Shown here piece after piece: positions 24,662 to 38,500 of a DNA stretch of 64,000 bases (positions are counted from its first letter, which is position 1; each line of letters opens with the position of its first letter). The notes beneath the pieces were generated by a model. The model did no database searches and had not been told where the DNA came from. It was given only the letters and a program-made list of their open reading frames with translations. Origin of the DNA: Catajapyx aquilonaris (lineage: Eukaryota); assembly GCA_000934665.2 (NCBI GenBank), contig KZ538356.1, forward strand, positions 62,001 through 126,000. The letters run 5' to 3'. The translations under genes were made by a program, and so were the position numbers.

Positions 24662-27600
24662 GTCAACAACATAACCTAAAACATGGCGGCCATAAAAATC
24701 CAATTACGCACCATAAAACAAAAATGCGCGAATAAATACAGTCCCATCCTGTCAGCCTACATATTCCCTTCCTCTCCCCAGCATGATCGATGCCGTATAT
24801 ACACACCTAACAATGCACGTGTGCAATACCTATATACACCAGCCTCCATATCAGAGACAAGATGGTGGAATCCATGTTTCCCAAGCTGCTGGAGTGGCTG
24901 AAGACCTCGGGCGATATGCAGAGGAGCATCAACATGGCAAGAGGTTTCATCCGGCGGCTGATTCGACATGAATCGGGGCTCGTGCCTTGGATATTAAGAA
25001 GGGAAAGTGTCCGTAAAAGCGCAGCTGACGAGTCGATGAATCCGCGATAAGCACGGGATATGGCTTAGGTGAGCACAATCAATTGAATGCGGCGCGCACA
25101 CTATAGATCGCTAGCTTGCTGGCTTCCTCCTCTCTCCCCAAGCCCTTCCTTCCTTCTGCCTTCCTGAACCCGGAACATTGCACTCTATAAAACCAGTCTT
25201 TTCAAGGGTGAAAATTCAACTCCAAATGGTGGTTTTCTGATCCATCCCAAGACGGGAATTAGCGTACTCAATTGGGTCGGAACATAATTCAGGGTTGTAC
25301 ATGCATCATGGGTGACAACAAGTGCTGTATTTGTAAATGATACCCAAGACGTGAATTTATTTCAGTGCTGGACCGCATTAGTGCAATCAGAAAAATACAC
25401 AAAAAAAAAGGGAGAGAGAGAGGACGGCAGGTTTTGCGGGGACATTTAATCAGTGGCATTTTTGTCGACCAGGCTGCTGATTATTTCCTCTCCCCTATAT
25501 CCCCCCTCCCACTCTTTTTGTGCTGTGAATCCAACCGAGGCCTGGAACACATTAATTTGTGCGAATGAGCCAGAGAGAAAAGAAGGGGGTGGGGGGTGGG
25601 GAGGGGTAACTACCACCTCCCACTGAATTCATCCAATTGTGATTAATCCATAAAATAATTGACGTCGTAAAGCAGGTTATTTGTTGGCTTCTATTATCCA
25701 TATTTCAATATAATCTGACACATAATCATGGCGGAGTCGCGGAAATGAGTCCCGCGTGGGGGCTTTCCATCTGTGCTCTACCTGCGACTCATCAATTATT
25801 CACAGCCATGCGAATGTGCTGCTGCTGGATCATGGCGGGGGCCTTTCCCTCCCCCTTCCCCCCAGCCACCCCCTACCTACTCTCCTATATAACGTACGGT
25901 AGCAGACACAAAATAACCCACCTCCTTCCCATTCCCATCTTAAACCGTTTCATTTTCTTCCTCTCTCCCAAACGCTTCCCTTTTCTCAGCTATACTAAAG
26001 CACTTTTCTTGCCTTCCCTACCCTCCTATGTAGCCGCACACATTAGGAATTCATGTGCACTTCCCACACAAACCAACCATCCATTTCCCAACCTCTACTG
26101 TATATAATTTTTTGTGTTCTTCCCCTCCCCATTCCCCTCCCCCCCTTTCCTGCTTTATGCAAACATACCAAGATGTTAGATTGATTCCTAATTGATCGGT
26201 ATACAATCGCTAGAGTTGAACAACAAAGATTTGCACTCAGACGGCCGATACACCAGGCTTGTTTTGAAATGCATGGTAGCCTAAAATAATATGTAAGACA
26301 GGCTGTCGTAACCAGAAATTGCGGTATAACCTCCAAGCGATAAAATCACACTTTGAAAAGTATCGATAGGTGTGGAGGTTTAGTGTGGATAGGCATACAG
26401 AGAGCACAAAGTACAGCCGGCACTTACTATGGGTTCACTGTTCTTATTATGCGCGGGATAAAATAACAAAGAGTGTACAGTACTAGATAAAGGACCCGTT
26501 TCGGGCGCGGTGCAGTTCATCGTACAGGTATAACTAGGCATTCAAAAGATGCAATAAAGCGCACATGGGCGGAGGTCCATCAACTAGGGCGTAATTTTAC
26601 CCATTCCTTTTGTGGGCCGCAGGCTTCTTTGCTGCTCCTGATCAGAGTGCAATTGAGAGCCCAATAATTAGCAACATTGCTTTTTCTTCCCGGAGGCAAC
26701 GCGATTCTCCTTTTGGAAATGAAATGAAAGGGGCTAGGCCGCCTCCACATTATTTCCATTTATATTGCAAACAAATTAGGCCCCACGTAAATTCCTCGAT
26801 TACAAGGTTCAAATGATGCAATTAGCGCGTAATAATATTGGCAGGCTGGGGATGGAAAATTGCGAATTAATGGCCAGCAATCCGGCTTCACTTCCCACTC
26901 GAAAATTTTTGCCCTTTCCATTTCGACCGCCAATACTTTTTTTTCTCTCTCTCTCTCTCCACTTCTGTCGTGGCATGTAAGTATATTAAATATCTGCTAA
27001 TATTTTAATAATTAATACACCTTTATGCAATTCATTTAATGATCAGATTTTAAGAATGATCAGTGATATTTTGGGCAAAATCACTTCTTGCTCACAGATT
27101 TTGTCGTGTGGTGACTGTGACCTATACACTAGCTATATACGCATGGCACAAGTTTCCAGTGGAGGTGAAGAGCCCGTGAGAGAAGAGAGAAGGCGAGATG
27201 AAGGAAGAGCAATATCGTGCGCCTTCTTCCCTCCCTCCCCTTTTCTTCCCTCCCCTCCCCTCCCTTACTTCCCACTTTGTTTTCCCGAGAGGTGTCAGCT
27301 TGATTCAACTATAATCATGCAATATGGCCTATAAAGGCCGATCTAATAAAGCTGCTCGAGCAACGTAAATCGTCAGGCGGCGCAATATTTTTGCCTGGCT
27401 AACCAGCAAGGGAAAGAGAAGATGCAATTTCTGCGGCTGCCATGAAACAGCTGCTTGGGACCCTCTCACCCACCCACCCACTTTTCCATCATTCTCCCCA
27501 CCACCCATATCGCACTATACCAATGACACCGGAAATGCGTCATCAGCCCCACCCAAGAAAGACGTATTTCGCATTCGCATTTTCGGAGACAAGACTCCAT

Positions 27601-30600
27601 CTATATCATTCAGACCAATCACGACTCAGTGGGCGTGGCATTTTATATGAAATTTTTGATTATGTACCATAAATATTATACATAAAAAAATTAAACTACA
27701 GAGTTCATTAGCAGGTCTTACATATCCCAGCTTATATCCAATCAAATCCGTCCTATTTCGGACCAATCACGCTCAGGACATATTCCTGTCTCTAGACGCC
27801 CAAATTTTGCAGCCGAGTTCGGCGCGCGTGTTTTGTTTCATAAAATCCGGCGCTTTTGCTTACTCGCCAGCTGTATTGATACGAGCCGGCTGTAAATTTG
27901 TCAACATGTCCTTTTAATAAGTAGTATCAACAGGGATGAAGAGTTGGGCAAATATCGCTAATCCAGACCCACCCACTCCCTCCCTCCCCTCGCCCTGCCT
28001 GCAAAAAGCCTCGCAAAATGGAAGCAAACTGGGACTTCCGAGGCGCACGATTCATGAGAGGTCATGAGGCACTCCCCATATTTCAATATCTGCTCCCAAC
28101 TTTGCTGGGAAAACGCCGTCAGTCGATTTGGCCCTGCCGATAGGCTATACCGTACCGGCTGGAATTGTTTGAACACATTGTGCCTGAGTCTGCGGATTAT
28201 GACAAGTGAAGGCTGGAAAACAGTAGGAAAAGCAAGTTTCAAAAGGCCGCGATATGTTCATTATTTTATTAATTAATTAATGTTTGTTATTTTAAACGCA
28301 CCTAATTTACAGCATCTAAAAAATTAATATTTGAACACTCAACTAAGCTGCCTAAGTACGCAGACAGATAGGCTTGCGTGCTTGTGTGTTGCCTGTCTGT
28401 CGAATCAATGGCGTGTGCGAGGGAGTACATATTACAGGATTATCTCGGGAACCGTGCAAAGTGGGGGCCTTATAATGTTCCCGGATTTGCGCGGAAACCT
28501 CGCCCACTCCAAACATCTCAGTTGCCCATCAATAAATGCGTCTATTTGCTAACGACAACATAAAAGCCTGATCTTGGAAGGAGGTCACCATAACAACAAC
28601 ACGATTAGTCATTTCCTCGCCCAACAATCGACCTTTCCGTAGAAAACATTACTTCACCCTCTAATTTTCGCAAAAATAATAAAATTGCGAATCTTTTGCT
28701 CTGATAGCTTCCACCTGCGTCCATCCTGCCAAGAAAGTGACAAGCTGAGCAAGAAAGTCAGATGGGCAAGGAGGGTTGAGTGAGTAGTGCGATTCATTAG
28801 CAGGCCTGCTTTTCATAACTCTCGCCTTGTTTTCCACGGAAAGCGCCTTCTCCGGCGAATAATGAGAAGGATTCTAGCCGCAAAAAAATGGATGCTGGAT
28901 GAGGGAGAGAGAGGGTAGGAGAAGAAAGAAAAAAACCTCTCCGCACCCTTTTCCTTTCCGGTAATAAATTCATCCGGACGAGAAACTCTCTCGTTTTACT
29001 TCATCTAGTCGGCTGAAAACCTTGCTTCTCACTTAGGCTCCTCGTGTTTTAACACAAGCCACATCCTTCTTCTCTTTCTCAGTAGGTCCCCCCGCCCCCC
29101 TCTCTCAGCGCAATGCACTTTGTTTTCTCTTTTTGTCCCCTTCGATTGCTCGGACATCACTGACAAAAAAGTTACTGGTTGGACGACTCTGCTCGAGGTA
29201 TATGGCTTAAACGTGCAGAAAGTGAGGTCAGCAGGTAACCATCGTAAAACTGGACAATCAAATACAAGCAGATGAAATTTCCATACGTTCAAAATAATAT
29301 CCATGTGGAACTCTAACATTCTAAACAGCTGATGAATATAATCAATTGCCAACATCTAATGGCTTTTCAAATTATGACAGCCCAGTATAGATCAAATCGC
29401 GCGTAGAGCAAAACAACACTCAACCAACGCACAACGCAATACGTCACACAATAGACCCAGATATTTTATCAAGAACCTGCCGGTACACGGTCCATTAGCG
29501 ACAACCTATACGTACAATGTCAAAAGAGGACGGAAAGAAAGGAAAAGCTATACTGTACTGTCCTCCAATCTGATCACGTCCGAGATAAATCATAAGGTGA
29601 ATGAGAATATCTCCCTCGGGAACACAACCCAACCATGCCGAACAAGATTGCATTCTCTACCGATCCTATAAGAATAATGAATTATAGCCCCCCTTCACGT
29701 AAAAATAAGGGGGTACAGGCTGTACCCCACGGTTCTGCAGACATTTTTCTGGTTTGCTCGAGTGCTTAATTTTTCTTTATGAGTGTCCACCATATGAAAC
29801 TAAAAATCTGTGCAGGTTGCACGATGTTTCCTGGTCCAGCAGAATACAGGTGTGTGGTTGTGTGATTAGGTGGCAATCGAGGTCCTGAAGAAAAGAGGGG
29901 GGCCATTAAGGCTGATGAAGAAAGAGTCGGTTGCGGAAGGGGCCTAGAGTATAAAAGAGGATTAAGTTGGATGCATCGGGTAGCTTGTGAGTGGGGTGGA
30001 GGGGAGGTAGAGAAGGGGTTGGTGTGTATAATGATGAAAGCCACGGCGGAAGGCCCATTTGGCCGAACCAACATCCCAGCTGCCATTCCGCGCGCCCAAA
30101 CTTTTTAAAATCATGGAAATAATGAAGCCGAACGTATATGTGTAGCATTCTCCCAAATTAGTAGGCGGGCCCATAAAGAAGGCGAAATGTGGCCCCAGAG
30201 GCTTGGTGCCTCGCCGGATCCGGCGCGCAACTGCAAATTCAACAGAAAAATAACAGGTCCCCCGAGGAGCTCCACTCACAAACTTTGTCATATCATCTTT
30301 TCAATTATTTAAGAGGCATTTATATCAAAGTCCCCTTCGCTTGTAATGGGCGCCGCCATGCCTGCCAACAATACGAGTGCCTCGTAAAGACCCCGCTCTC
30401 TCTCGGCTGGCTGTCTCCCTCCCAACCCTTACACTCTACTATCCCACACCTTTTTTGGGGGCTTAAAAAAAAAACAAATGGGGGAGGGAAAGAGAAGGAG
30501 TAACAACTCGCCGGTCATAAATCCATGCCTGCCTTAAAAGCAAGCCCAACCTGCTGCTAATCTGGTTAAAATACACCTGACACGAGCTTTAATCATCGTC

Positions 30601-33600
30601 CGGCTGGCGTACCTGCCTGCCTTCACTCTGCTAATGACAGGTGTGATGGTACCAGTTGCTTATCGGGATAGTGCAAGGTTGGTGCAGGTACTTGAGCAAA
30701 ATGCAGGCGCACATACTGCACAGCTCCAGTGACACCAACTTGAACAAATTGCCATTCTGACTGGGTATATGCATTTCTGTCGGTATGATACCAACATAAT
30801 TCTGTTTGTCAACCGTAATCAACTTGTATATATATTTGGTTGCACTTCTGGTCATAGTTTTCACAAGGTTCCATCAGTTGAGGTAGAGTCCCAAAATAGC
30901 AGCTATAGTGCTGTCTTCCAACAGAAGCAAATGCAAAAACACTTTGGTGGCGGATCCTATAGCATGCCACGTACAAATCACGGAGCAGTAGTATAGCTTT
31001 CCAGTTGGAGGGCATCAAAGGTACAGCTCTGTGTCGGAGCGCCGGAGCGACTCTTACGAGAAATTTGTCACCGGAGACACGGATACGCAATACATGGTAA
31101 AGGACATGGCAAAAAGCTACGGGTTTGGAAACCTGTTCAACCCCGCTTGGTTCAATATAAACTTAAAATAGCTATAAAATCAGGTCGATGATTCTTAGCT
31201 TAAAAACTTTATAACCGACATATTGAACCTAATAAATAACCAAACACTTTGATAATTACAAGTGCTTTAGAATATAACACCCTGACAATAAAACCTATTG
31301 ATTACCCACTGAAATGCAATAACACCCACCCTCTCCCCAAAAACCGACAATCACTCTCATTCCATCCTATAAATGAATCCATCGCCAGGACACCCCTACG
31401 AACCAGAAAACTTATGCACCGCACTTTAAATCATCCCAAAAAGGTGGGCCAAAAACGGGTCGGAAGCAGCAGTGGGGGGGATGCATTTGGCAAATGAAGA
31501 CAGAAGAAGTTGCAGGGAAAACAAATGGAGTTGACATTTGTTTGGCGGCGGCAATCATTCCCAAATGAAAAGGAAGGTGGGGAAGACAATGGGCAATCGT
31601 GTCGTGCGCCCAACAACAAAGTAGCACTAAAAAAAGGGGGAGGGAAGAAAGGAAGGAGAAGTGAAGGGGGAGGTATTTCCATGTGTCGGTGTGGGGAGGT
31701 GGGGGGGGGGAGGGGTTGATGATGAGGCTGCTCGTCCCTTGCGATCCGGCGGCTGTCGCGGGCCTCAGGTCAATACGAGAAGCTCCAAACATGAATAGTC
31801 CAAGAGGGAACCATTTCCGACGCCGCACATGTCGAATCTCATGAATAAAAAGCTTTCAATGGGATCTTTATGTCGCTCCTTCGCTTGTATTTTCCCCGGG
31901 AAAGGCAGCCGAGTTAATCAAAAGTAAAATTACTTTCGGAAAATGCTGCTGCAGAAACAGAGCGCAGGAAAAATTGGGCCCGAATAAAAGAGGAAGGGGA
32001 AAGAGAGAGAAAGAGAGTGGATGGGATGGGGGATGGGGTTTTTTGGGGAATGGAATGGGGGCTGATGGCCTCCCTCCCTCCCAACCCATCCTTTTCCTCC
32101 CATCTACAGTATACTGTACATGGATGAGATGTTGCACTGCTCAGACCCCCTGCGCACGGAGTGTCAATAAAGTCATGTTTAGAATAGCACCCAACGTGTC
32201 TGCAGGAATCAAAGTCGGCCAAGGTAAATTTTGCGCAATGATAACAACATCCGACATATGCCCTTGGTCTATTCAAATACGTAACAGTGTTGAAATTTTA
32301 GCCCGGGTTATCCTACCACTCCATGGACACCCATGATGCTCTCCTGCTCGCAGGGTAATCTAACGAGTAGGATAATTGGTCAACACACCAACACCCAGTT
32401 TCAATGTGGATTCAACTTTATAATATTGTTTATTATTGCAAAACAACATTCGTGGACTTTGTAAGGTGAAAGCAACTGATTCTCACCCAGGTCAGGTTAC
32501 TCTGACAATGGCCAACTAAATGAAAAAGGACGAGATCTGTAAGCCAGAACTTCCGACCTTAAAAACTAGATACGTCGAGCCAATGGTCGATCGATTACCA
32601 AAATGCTCTCTTCCAACACTTAGAGTGTCGCCAGCTACTTTCTTTTCGCCATTCACCGAAAAGTAGACTCCCACGATCCCCGACATTAATAGGCGTTTCA
32701 GGAAAATCGTTCCCTATGTCGCGAACAGTATACGCGTATACACAACCGTTGAATCCTCCATACAGTACCGGACGCCACCAATAAACTAACTGACCTGTCC
32801 CATACCATTCTCACCTCCTCACACATGATTCCATGTCGGGAGCAGAATTTGGCTGCCGGGCTATTTACACGCAATTACAATCAGCGCCATTAACACGCAC
32901 AGCTCACGTGTGGAGTGCCACAGACCCCCTCCAACCTCCCCTCCCACACAATCGGCTTCACGTACTGTAGGTGTGTTTTATAGTGTCATCAGTAGCTTGT
33001 TATCGCCCACTACACACTCTACCCCTCTCCGCACAAACAAAATATGAAAAGGTCATTTGCATACCGGCCAAACAGTCGTTACAGTTAAGTCATTCCCTGG
33101 CCATCTGTGGGGGGCCATGTAACACCCATTTTTTTCTGGGAGCTTCTACAGTGCACACGGAAGGGGAACATCCTAAAAAAGAAAACTCTGATTTGATGTC
33201 AGAAAGAGGTGAAAGACCTCTTCCTGCTCCGCCCCGCTTATAGATTTTCCTAAGAATTCTAATCACATCCGTAAGCAGAATTAGGGAAAGGACAAGCCGA
33301 CTGAGCGGACTTGCAAATCAGGAGGATTCCATCCTGCTTGCTCGTTGGATCACACCCCTCAACAATTGACTGCTCTCTTTCTTTGCATTCTGTAGGTTGC
33401 CACTCTCCATTTCCACTACCGGCACCAACAGACCCTGAAGAAATACACTGGCATGGTGGGGTCAAATTCTAACAATTTATTATTACATCGCAATATACTC
33501 GTACTGTACAGCTAAAGTGAACCAAGAGTATCATCTGACATACTCGTACGTAAGATGTTTATTGCAGTGGCTTCCGTGTCTAACACGAATATGCGTCAAA

Positions 33601-35449
33601 GACACGGCCACTTCCGTTTACCCCGCAAAAAAATAAGTACTCTTTCCACCACGCATATCAATCAATAGAAAGAAAAACTTCGGAATTGACCTATTTCCGC
33701 GATACATATCTCGATCTATTTTCAGACCCTAATGGGCACAGTCTGCCGGTAATTCCACCATCACGCACGACACGCAATATATTGCGAAAAACTAGAGAAA
33801 TATTCAGACAGGGCGTAACGACCTTTGAGAAAATTACCATGTTGGCCAGTAACAACATGAACGTAACAAATACATACATTTAGCCAATTAGTTGTGCAAC
33901 AATATCTGGCCATCAACTTTTAAGCCACCCGGTACTGCATCAGCCAAGCTTCCCAAGCTTATAAATTCTTCAAGGCGTTAGAGAGATTAACCTCATCTGG
34001 CTCAAATAAAACATGTGTTATTGTGTCGCGAGGGAGGCAGGGAAGTGGGGAAGCGGGGAGGAGGAAGGGAGGGAGGGGGAAAAAAAAGAGAGATACATGC
34101 GCGAATAAGGCAAAAGAGTGTTTGCTGAGCTGACAGCGCAGCGGAATAAAAGAGGACAAAGGCCGGTAGAGAGAGGGGTTGGGGAGGAAAGGGATGAGGG
34201 AGTGGGGAGAGGCGGGGGTGAGTTGGCAAAAAAAAAAAAAAAGTGAGCCCCAGCAAAATCAACTCTGACGTTCCTTCTTTCGTCAGCAAAAAGTATTATT
34301 GAGTGCTTTGATGTTAACACTAAAGATCCATTATGAATTGCTGCGAAAACATATTGATCTGGGCGTCGGGCTCGGGCGTCCAATCGCAAGCTTCCTCCAG
34401 AGCCAAACACCAATCACGGAGCTGCCCGACCCGCCAACGGGAATCGAACTCGCAAAATATTGCATTCAGCTCCAAATGGACGACTTTATTCACTTACTTC
34501 GCTGTAAAAGCCAGGAAGTAGTGGAGGTGGGGGCTGGCTGGGAGGGAGGGAGGGAGGGAGAGTGCAGAAAAAAAAAGTTGGAGGGAGTTCCAATCTGATA
34601 CGAGTAGTGGAAAAAAAAAATATATGTAGGAAAGAATGCAAATATATCAACTGTGCAGCAGAAAACTGGATACTCGAATTTTTTGGGGTGTTAATCCTCA
34701 AGATGTCTACTGCCACCAATGCAGTGTATCAATGAAATCATTACCTGTAATCCTGGTTCAACAACGCCCAATCCGACGCATGGCCTTTTATAGCTAGTAC
34801 AGTATCAATGGGGAGGGAGTGTAAAACACCTTTGACCCCCGGTAACCCCTCCTGATTCACAGCGTCCCAACTCATATTATCGCACAATTGCTGCAAGTGA
34901 GGGTCAGAGCAGCTCATTACTCAGTGCTCCAAATCGATTCCACTAAAAAAAAAAGAGGTTCCCACAGTTCGAGCTTACTATTCCTACAAGCCGGCTGTCT
35001 AAACCAGACACCAATGACGTAGGCGTCCTATTTACATGTGCATAGAGTGGTAAGACCAATAGGTGAAAAAAAGTGATTAGCAGGGTTCGTGGGAAGCAAA
35101 TAATCAAGCACATTACATAGAGCATGAGGCCATGCACTGTAGAATGAGTGATCTGCTGGCTGAGCAGCAGCAGCACATGATGGAGAGAAAGAGATGGAAG
35201 TAAAAGAGAGCTCAAAATGGGATCAATACTTTAGGCGGAGAACGGGGGGGAGAGGTGGGGAGGAAGGGGCGGGAAGGGGAGGGACGTAGGGGGGAGGCTC
35301 ACATGAATATCAGAGACTTGATATGGAAGAGTTTAGGGTACAATGACTGGAGTGCGTAGAAGGGATGTCGTCACTGCCTGGTATGCCTGATATAACTAAG
35401 GGAAGCAGATTGGGAGGCTTACATCGTATTAGTATACGTAGTGGCATTA

Positions 35450-35530
35450 GGCCGCGGGTTGCTCAGTGATTATGGAATTAACGCTTGGCTCCCCAGGGTC
35501 CAGGGTTCGATCCCTTACCCCGGAAGAGTG
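35450..35530 (+). mobile_element. tRNA-derived SINE head (body probably continues to ~35700, end not defined)
   Basis: Starts GGCCGCGG. Degenerate Pol III A box TTGCTCAGTGA (35459-35469) and canonical B box GGTTCGATCCC (35504-35514) at tRNA-like spacing. No intact cloverleaf or T-run terminator. Confidence 0.7.
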
Positions 35531-38500
35531 CGTGCGGTAGTGAGAGAAGTTGGCCGGGATTTCATTCACCGCGCTAAGCTTATACAGAATGATTAGTCCA
35601 AGCTGCGGTTATACCAATTGAAATGTCCTTAGTGGTTACCACCCTGCGAAGTTTTAAGCAGTTATCAAAATTAGTTACCGGATCACCACACCACAAATTC
35701 GTCGAAAAGAATGTATTTTCCACAACAATGTTCCCATAAGTGCATAACGTTACCCACCATCAAATTGGCGCAGGCGCATGATGCTTACTGTGCATATCGG
35801 CAAAATAGGGTTAAGTACATTTGCAAAGTCCAATTTTGAGTCGTGGCTTCCATGGTTAGAGTACACTGGAACAGCATATGTGGTCCTGCAGGCCGAAAAT
35901 TGCGAATTATGAAGCCTGAGAGGCGATTGATTGGCGGCCATTGCTTTTTAGGTGGCTTATCCAGGCATAGAGTCTACTAATTGTCTATACCTTGCTGTCT
36001 GTGTGCTTTATGAGCATAGATGTAAAAATAGAAATAAAAACCAGAGAGAGTGCAGCACATTTCGGTTAATTTGTTCTCTCCCTTTCCAGACCAGAAAAAT
36101 ACATTCCCCGAGGTTGTGAAACAATATTTTCCATTGGACTGAACTTAATATAGTACGTATTCGAAAACCTCTACAGCAGCTTATACTTCAAAAAAATTCT
36201 ACCCACCCTGACACTGACGTTCAGTAATATTTGATTAAGTATTAACACTGCGAGTATATACACTGAGATATCATCTTAATTTGAGTTGATACAACCCGAC
36301 CAAAATGAATTAACATTGAATCCAGTGTGAAATTAACCTTCGATTGGTCTTCGCATTTAAGTGAACAATGCAGACATTGCCACCACTCCTATCACATGCA
36401 GAAATAGCTGCATAAATGGCCTCATATGAGTTGATGCGTGCGCAAAAATATTTCATTTCCTGGCAGCACAATAACGTCCACTTTTAAACTCCGTATAAAT
36501 CGGCGACACGTTTACAGATTCCAAAAATAAATATGTGCAATCACATATGCGGACAATACTCATGCAAAAAGTATGGTTAGAGAATAAATATACCCACTCA
36601 TACCCCGAGGCCTTTGTCCTATTTTGAGTACATTTTACGCTGCCCTTGAGGCACAATGTGAACCAATTCACCACTCTATTCACTGCCGCATAGATCAAAT
36701 TGAATAACAATAATAGAGGGTGACAACCAAAACACACACAACACATGGAAATTAATGGCATTATGCTTGCTTGGAACCGCAGGCCACACATATGGCAATG
36801 CCTGGTCCATGCCACCCAAAAGTAACAAAGAGAGGACGAAGTTGTTTTTGTCACCAACGTGTCCCTAGTTGAATATTATGCTATATAGGGCAATACTGCA
36901 GCGCAACTCTGCCATCGATAAAAATTCTGGGTTAAATTGTTTACTGAGAGTGGTTATTTGCAAATAATTCGCGTATTGTCAGCCAAATCGCCATTCCGAA
37001 AGCCGTGAGCGACGCATTAGTGACAAAAAAACCCGGCCAAAAACATTCTCACATGCAGTGTTCAAATGCCATCAATGCAATACACCCACAAAACTGGTCT
37101 GAGTAATAAAGAATGCTGGTAAGAAATGAGAGCAAAGGCACTCTACCATGAAGAAACTAATCGCAATTCGACACTCATTACACGAGCAATTTCTTGGGAC
37201 GCGTTCAACGTCATTCTCCCAACTGAACGAAGTTTCATCCTGGCGTATATGCAACTTGCGATGCTCCCCTGCCAGATGGCAATAATATTTCAGCCCTAGG
37301 ACAAGGCATTCTTTCTTCGATTCGTCAAGGAGGCATGTTGTCCTTTAGGTCATCTCTTGGAAGTCAAGAAATACCCCGTTAGCTTCCCGCGGCAAAGTTG
37401 TGTGCTGTCAAGTGTGACAGACCATAACAAATTCACCACATTCATAACAGTCGACAACATGTCTCCTAGCGTGTTTCAATAGCTATTAAATTCAGTAATA
37501 GATTCAATGAAGCAACAAAATTAGCATAAGTTAGAGCAGAAGCCAGCCGCTTTTATGCATTTCATCTGGTACTGTGTCCAGCTGCAGTATTTAATTGCAT
37601 CACAATCTAGTTGATTTTCCAAAGACACTCGTCCTGCGCCTCACCCGCCAGAAAATCTATCCGTTTTCAAACAAGCTTGACCTACCGTTGATTCATAGGT
37701 TGAAGGGGAAACGCAAGAGAATGGAATCCGAGGTCGAAGAGGGCTCCCATCTTTTACCCCAGATGCTTGCTCAGAAGGCAGCTGTTGAACTAATAGTTCA
37801 GCCACAACAAAAAGGGGGAACAATACATGGACAGACCACTCACAATTCGCGCCCTCTAATCTCGGCTCAGTAAACACAAACACACCCCTGCACATTCGCG
37901 AAATTAAAAACAGGGGAGATGAACAAAAGCCTCTGTATATTTCCCCCTCTGTCCCACAGCCTCCCCCTTGCCCCTTGGGGACCAGATCCATATCTATACG
38001 ATTCTCCAAAAAGCCTTTGTCTCCGGTAGCATCCCGATGATGAGCCAATATCCAGCAGATCGCTTTTTCTTCCGCCTGCGTCATCTGGCCCACTATCATT
38101 CAGGCTCGATTATTCAGGGTCAGCCTCGTCGAAGAGAAAGTGGGACTTGATTCCCTCTACTCTTACCCAATTGCTCTTCGCTTTCTTTTTTCTTTACTTT
38201 TTTTCTTCTCTCCAACTCGACCTATAGAGCGGGGGTACAGAAACAAATTGCATAACTAGTCGATACTTCTGGTACGGTCTAAATTATTGTTGAATTTTTG
38301 CCTGTGAGGCCACTCCCAAAAATTTGGTCAATTCTTTTCCTATTCTTACCTGCAATATGTTACAGCTGAACACTGTATACCAGGCCTGTTCCACCCCTCT
38401 AGGCTGTCTAGGGTATATACCGTAGCAAGAGGATCTGCACCAACAAAACCCAACTTGTCATTTGGGGTGTAAAGGGCTGTTAGCATCTCGGCGAGCGACG

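Noticed and set aside
35450..35530. Functional tRNA gene
   Set aside because: The A box is degenerate, and there is no consistent acceptor or anticodon stem or terminator. Better explained as a SINE head.
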